Below are positions 17,875-21,344 of a DNA stretch of 21,344 nt, one piece after another; position 1 is the first letter of the stretch; each line of letters starts with the position of its first letter. This DNA is from Candidatus Micrarchaeaceae archaeon. GTDB taxonomy: Archaea; Micrarchaeota; Micrarchaeia; Micrarchaeales; Micrarchaeaceae. The stretch lies in assembly GCA_050013715.1 (NCBI GenBank), contig JBEKES010000013.1:1-21344 (forward strand). Direction: 5' to 3'. The notes under the pieces are model-generated. The model worked only from the letters and a program-made list of their open reading frames with translations. It was not told where the DNA came from and did not search any database. Made by a program: the position numbers and the translations under genes.

Positions 17875-18318
17875 CCCTTCTTTTTCGTTAGGTTGACCTT
17901 TACCGGTAGTGATAAATTTTCTTAGGCTTTCATTGATATAAAAGCCCCAGGCGCTTGAACATTTGTCATAACATTCATAGTTAGGAACTAGTCCCACATG
18001 AGTAAAGCGAACCTCTGTCTTATTGCCTTTCTTTATTATATCAAAAGTAATTTTTGTGCCATTCCATTCAGTTTTGTCTTCAACAAATTTAAGATAACTG
18101 TCCAGAACAAGCCAAACTATTTTTTTGCCAGGAATTAGTTCAGTTATCCTCTGCTTGCTGTAATGGATATCCTTGTAGCGATAAATCCACTCTGCATTGA
18201 GCTTATCTGTATTACCTTCAATTTCTCCTGACCACCAGCCGCGAACATTGTTGATAGCGGTAAAAGCTTCTTCAGGAGCTTGATCTACCATAAAAGTAGT
18301 AGTATAACCAACAGTCAT
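17857..18318 (-). CDS. SRPBCC/AHSA1-like (START-fold) protein
   Basis: VDQAPEEAFTAI...GWW, ELIPGKKIVW, EWNGTKITF, TEVRFTHVGL, CSSAWGFY...SLRKFITTGKGQP. Confidence 0.9.
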   Translation of the reverse strand: MTVGYTTTFMVDQAPEEAFTAINNVRGWWSGEIEGNTDKLNAEWIYRYKDIHYSKQRITELIPGKKIVWLVLDSYLKFVEDKTEWNGTKITFDIIKKGNKTEVRFTHVGLVPNYECYDKCSSAWGFYINESLRKFITTGKGQPNEKEGKKTSK

Positions 18319-18350
18319 GCAAATATATTTACATATGTTTATTTAAGCAT

Positions 18351-18470
18351 TTAGCTGCCTTTGAATTCATTACTTTGTCGTCGTAAATGCAAATGGGCCC
18401 AAGGCCAAGGTAGAATAGAACTGAATAAAACGATTATAAAACCTAGAATAGCTACGTTTCGGTAGTTCAT
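18351..18470 (-). pseudogene. 39-aa ORF, probably the truncated N-terminus of a membrane protein (MNYRNVAILGFIIVLFSSILPWPWAHLHLRRQSNEFKGS)
   Basis: My translation. Has an AAGGA RBS and a promoter copy at 18493-18520; the hydrophobic segment ends at LPW, just before the tRNA-end-like sequence. Confidence 0.35.
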
Positions 18471-18492
18471 TTTTATTCCTTTTATATAATTA

Positions 18493-18520
18493 CTACATCT
18501 CTAGCCTTTAAATATCTAAG
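18493..18520 (-). repeat. Imperfect 28-bp direct repeat (promoter-like), copy 1
   Basis: ctacatctctagcctttaaatatctaag versus ctacatcctatctttttaaatatctaag at 19027-19054; 21/28 identical without gaps. Confidence 0.6.
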
Positions 18521-18525
18521 CCATT

Positions 18526-19005
18526 CTAAGCTTTGCTCTTATTAGTTCTCTTTTTTATAAATTCGTTTATTCTCTCCGCTTTTTCCTGACGTTTAGTGTC
18601 AGCGTAAGTCTGACTAGATGCCTCTAAAGTAAAGCACGGTATTTTGAGACCATTTATTTCAAGAGTTATCAATTTGTGAGCTAAAAGTCTACTTGCATAT
18701 ATACCTGAATCGTTGTTTTCTGCAAAAATTTGAATATTGACACCATTTATATTTAGTTTAACATCCGATGTATCATCATTTACTATCGGCTTCAGTTTTG
18801 TTACGCCAGTTGGATTATATTCAGAAAAAAGTATTGGAATTCTACTAAGGTCTTTAAAAGTCAACAAAATATCTAAATCGTGTGGATTAAAATCCATTCC
18901 TTGAAGTGCCAAACTCACGCTTCCAACTAATGCCCATTTTATATGTTCTTTTTCTAGCTTTTGGGCAATTATTTCTAGAGCATCTATGAATTTCGTTTCT
19001 ACCAT
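18526..19005 (-). CDS. Pol-beta-superfamily nucleotidyltransferase (aminoglycoside/lincosamide NTase-like)
   Basis: WALVGSVSLALQG...PHDLDIL (GS...DxD). Start ATG 19005 or 19011; AGGTG RBS. Confidence 0.8.
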   Translation of the reverse strand: MVETKFIDALEIIAQKLEKEHIKWALVGSVSLALQGMDFNPHDLDILLTFKDLSRIPILFSEYNPTGVTKLKPIVNDDTSDVKLNINGVNIQIFAENNDSGIYASRLLAHKLITLEINGLKIPCFTLEASSQTYADTKRQEKAERINEFIKKRTNKSKA

Positions 19006-19026
19006 ATTCATTCACCTACTTTAAAT

Positions 19027-19054
19027 CTACATCCTATCTTTTTAAATATCTAAG
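19027..19054 (-). repeat. Imperfect 28-bp direct repeat (promoter-like), copy 2
   Basis: Minus strand reads CTTAGATATTTAAA...GATGTAG upstream of the NTase start. Confidence 0.6.
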
Positions 19055-19105
19055 TATAGCAGTAATATTAATTATCAAGCGATTTTTATGTCAATTTTAT
19101 CAAGC

Positions 19106-19130
19106 AAAAAAGAGGCAATGAACCCCTTTT
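19106..19130 (-). terminator. Hairpin/T-tract downstream of tRNA-Ile
   Basis: Minus strand AAAAGGGG-ttcattg-CCTCTTTTTT about 20 nt after the discriminator base. Confidence 0.45.
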
Positions 19131-19150
19131 CTGTCGTCGATTTAACGTCT

Positions 19151-19258
19151 TGGGCCCGAGGAGATTTGAACTCCTGACCTCTCGATTTCTGCTTTTGATG
19201 AAATTTTTCAAAAGACTTATATCAGTCGAGCGCTCCAACCAGACTAAGCTACGAGCCC
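19151..19258 (-). tRNA. tRNA-Ile(GAT) with a 33-nt intron at position 37/38 (intron 19187-19219); CCA not encoded
   Basis: Folded by hand: acceptor GGGCTCG/CGGGCCC-A, D arm GCTT/GAGC, anticodon arm CTCGA-CTGATA^A-TCGAG, T arm AGGAG-TTCAAAT-CTCCT; 75 nt after splicing. Confidence 0.95.
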
Positions 19259-19277
19259 CTGAATTATTATTATAAAA

Positions 19278-19895
19278 TCAATCTTTATCAAGCTTTACCT
19301 CTAATACTTTTCCTCTTGGTTCATCTTCCCTGAATATTTGCGTTTCGAACTTGAATAGTTTCACGTTAGGCTGAGACCAGTAATTGGAATGCAATCCTGC
19401 TTTTCTGCATGTTTCTTCCAGGAATTTCTTCTTGTCCCATTTCTGCTCAACGGCAACTATAGGAAGCAATAATCCACCATATAAGCCATACTGGATCATT
19501 AATCCGTCTCCTGGTACCTTTATGCTGGATAATCTTTTCTTCTCGTCTCCAGTAACAGGAATTAAACTTGATAGTATGCTTACTTCCACAAGCAGATCAT
19601 CTAACTCGTGCTTCGATACAGATACAAATCTTGGATCCTCGAATGCAGCTGCTATTGCTGCATCTACCAGCACCTCACCCAAAGGCCCGACAGCTCTTGG
19701 AAAACCTATGCAGCCCCTTAATTCCCTCGTAGGATAATGCTCCAGAGTGACAAAAATACCATGCGGTTTCTCAAATTCGCCCAATGTCCTTTTTACAACT
19801 TCCTTTTCGAAGTGCGGATTAATCAGGAAAAGTTCTATGCTGTTCCTTGCTGCCTTTACTAGCTGCTCTCCTTGTACATTGTTGTAAACATGCAT
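19278..19895 (-). CDS. AMMECR1-family protein (TIGR00296-like; AmmeMemoRadiSam protein A)
   Basis: GIFVTL...LRGCIG, AAFEDPRF, EVSILS, GLLLPIVA, FLEETCRKAGL, FETQIF. Start ATG 19895 with GTGGA upstream. Confidence 0.95.
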   Translation of the reverse strand: MHVYNNVQGEQLVKAARNSIELFLINPHFEKEVVKRTLGEFEKPHGIFVTLEHYPTRELRGCIGFPRAVGPLGEVLVDAAIAAAFEDPRFVSVSKHELDDLLVEVSILSSLIPVTGDEKKRLSSIKVPGDGLMIQYGLYGGLLLPIVAVEQKWDKKKFLEETCRKAGLHSNYWSQPNVKLFKFETQIFREDEPRGKVLEVKLDKD

Positions 19896-19976
19896 AGATA
19901 TCCACTTTATATGCAATTAATCATTATAAATATAAATATTTGAATTGAATAGTAGAAAGGTGTTTTAATAGAAAAA

Positions 19977-20411
19977 TTGCTTGTCATATATACTGACGGC
20001 GCGGCAAGGGGAAACCCGGGAGAAAGCGCGTCCGGCTATCTTATCTACAGAAATGCAAAAATACTTCACAGGCACAGCGAATACAACGGAACAGCAACAA
20101 ACAATTATGCTGAGTACAATGCAGTTCTTCTCTCCCTTGAATGGTGCATCTCAAGCATAGAAAATCATTCTGAATATTCCATAGAACTGTATTCCGATAG
20201 CGAATTAGTCATAAAACAATTGAACAAGAAATACAAAATAAAATCATTGGCATTGAAGCCAGTTAGCGATAAAGTCAGTGAACTTGCAAAAAAATTCAGG
20301 AAAGTAACTTTTAAGAATGTTAGGAGAGAAGACCCAAATATCAGTATTGTAGATAAGTCGTTGAATGCGCTTCTAGACAGAAAAAGTATAAATAATAGTG
20401 CAAAGCAATAG
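19977..20411 (+). CDS. rnhA: Ribonuclease HI (archaeal-type)
   Basis: YTDGAARGNPG, TNNYAEY, SDSELVIKQL, VRREDPNISIVD. Start uncertain (TTG 19977 or ATA 19968). Confidence 0.92.
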   Translation: MLVIYTDGAARGNPGESASGYLIYRNAKILHRHSEYNGTATNNYAEYNAVLLSLEWCISSIENHSEYSIELYSDSELVIKQLNKKYKIKSLALKPVSDKVSELAKKFRKVTFKNVRREDPNISIVDKSLNALLDRKSINNSAKQ

Positions 20412-20436
20412 ATTATGTAGAGAATGCGGTGAATAT

Positions 20437-21344
20437 ATGGCAGCTAGCAAGGACCCGGTGAAACCAGAGGAACAAAAGCAGGAGCATGTGGTAGATCTAG
20501 CTGCAAAAGAACACTGGAAGAAGGGCAACGCTCTCTTTGAGGAAAGCAAATTCGAAGAAGCGATAAAAGAATACAACGAAGCATTGAAGGTAGATCAGGA
20601 CTACGCAGATGCCTATTTCAACAGAGCACTTACAGAGAGAGTAACAAACAATTTTGATGCGGCGAAGAAAGACCTTGAAATTGTGCTAAGCTTGCAACCA
20701 AAGAGCGCAGATGCACCATTACTTATTGGAGATATTGCAGAAAATGCCAATGACCTAATAAGCGCAAGGTATTGGTACGAGAAAAGCCTTGCTAATAATC
20801 CAGATTACACTGAAGCAAAAAACAGACTTGAACACATAGACTCGCTAATACATGTTGATTCGAATATAGGAGGAAGTCAGGGAACACAGCAATTGGCAGT
20901 TAAGAAGGATGAGCAAAAAGATGAGATAGTAGAAGGCCAAATCAAAAAAGTTGCTTTCTTAAAATCAGATGTAAGATTCACTGATGTTATCGGACTTGAC
21001 AAGGTAAAAAGATATCTCACAGATAACGTCGTACTTGCGATTAAAAAACCAGAATTATTCAAGAAATATGGAAAGAAATTAGGCGTAGGCCTTTTGTTGT
21101 ATGGTCCTCCAGGAACTGGAAAAACTTACATTGTAAGAGCAGTTGCTGGAGAAGCTGGTGCAAATGTCATTATTGCAAGAGTTAACCAAATAGTAGATAT
21201 GTATACAGGCAATACTGAAAAGAACCTGCATGCGATATTCGAACAAGCAAGAAAGAACACCCCATGCATTATATTCTTCGACGAGCTTGATGCGCTTGGA
21301 GTAAAGAGAGGAGGAGACGAGCCAGGAGGAGGCAACAGCTCTGC
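20437..21344 (+). CDS. TPR-repeat plus AAA+ ATPase (CDC48/Vps4-like AAA module), partial, runs off the window end
   Basis: My translation: three TPRs (KKGNALFEESKFEEAIKEYNEALKVDQDYADAYFNRA...), FTDVIGL, LLYGPPGTGKT (Walker A), DMYTGNTEKN pore loop, IIFFDELDALG (Walker B); GGTGA RBS. Confidence 0.92.
   Translation, partial: MAASKDPVKPEEQKQEHVVDLAAKEHWKKGNALFEESKFEEAIKEYNEALKVDQDYADAYFNRALTERVTNNFDAAKKDLEIVLSLQPKSADAPLLIGDIAENANDLISARYWYEKSLANNPDYTEAKNRLEHIDSLIHVDSNIGGSQGTQQLAVKKDEQKDEIVEGQIKKVAFLKSDVRFTDVIGLDKVKRYLTDNVVLAIKKPELFKKYGKKLGVGLLLYGPPGTGKTYIVRAVAGEAGANVIIARVNQIVDMYTGNTEKNLHAIFEQARKNTPCIIFFDELDALGVKRGGDEPGGGNSS

Noticed and set aside
18526..19005. MNT-HEPN toxin-antitoxin, CBASS, or a bona fide antibiotic-resistance gene
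   Set aside because: No HEPN partner or effector is adjacent and it is too short for a CD-NTase; substrate cannot be inferred from the GS...DxD motif alone.
19072..19105. Short direct repeat TTATCAAGC (19072 and 19097)
   Set aside because: Two 9-bp copies in AT-rich DNA, with a third inside the AMMECR1 3' end; not distinguishable from chance.
4463..19895. MEMO1 + AMMECR1 + radical SAM as a complete AmmeMemoRadiSam system
   Set aside because: The genes are dispersed over about 15 kb with unrelated genes between them. The radical SAM here is SPASM-type, whereas the system's enzyme is PFL-activase-like with an N-terminal Cys cluster.
315..21335. Numerous antisense or alternative-frame ORFs in the track (e.g. 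315-497, 749-997, 2907-3431, 10312-10809, 16115-16435, 19384-19737, 21126-21335)
   Set aside because: They overlap better-supported genes, lack RBS and family motifs, and have the composition of shadow ORFs.

Overview
Compact, AT-rich archaeal chromosomal segment: GGTG/GTGAT ribosome-binding sites, TATA/BRE promoters, an intron-containing tRNA, and abutting or overlapping convergent genes. Gene style suggests a DPANN archaeon, probably Micrarchaeota; this is an inference, not a database result. Recognisable genes are bcp, an RHH regulator divergent from a hypothetical-cysD-cysN operon, a radical SAM protein with a degenerate SPASM domain, a GT-C (PMT/ArnT-like) glycosyltransferase, MEMO1, dinB, trxB, an MBL-fold nuclease, two tandem beta-carbonic-anhydrase-like genes, mscS, a Gfo/Idh/MocA oxidoreductase, a Cys-rich three-repeat surface glycoprotein, SRPBCC, a nucleotidyltransferase, tRNA-Ile(GAT) with a 33-nt intron, AMMECR1, RNase HI and a partial TPR-AAA+ ATPase. 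Main observations: (1) the two adjacent beta-CA-like paralogues are segment-swapped versions of each other (B-A-C versus A-B-C order of the zinc-ligand segments); (2) in the sulfate-activation unit, the RHH regulator and CysD end in the same LxxLGY motif, and helically phased ATAATTA boxes lie in the shared promoter; (3) two small orphan ORFs carry near-identical promoter/leader and downstream motifs; (4) a small islet downstream of tRNA-Ile is bounded by a degenerate copy of the tRNA 3' end.
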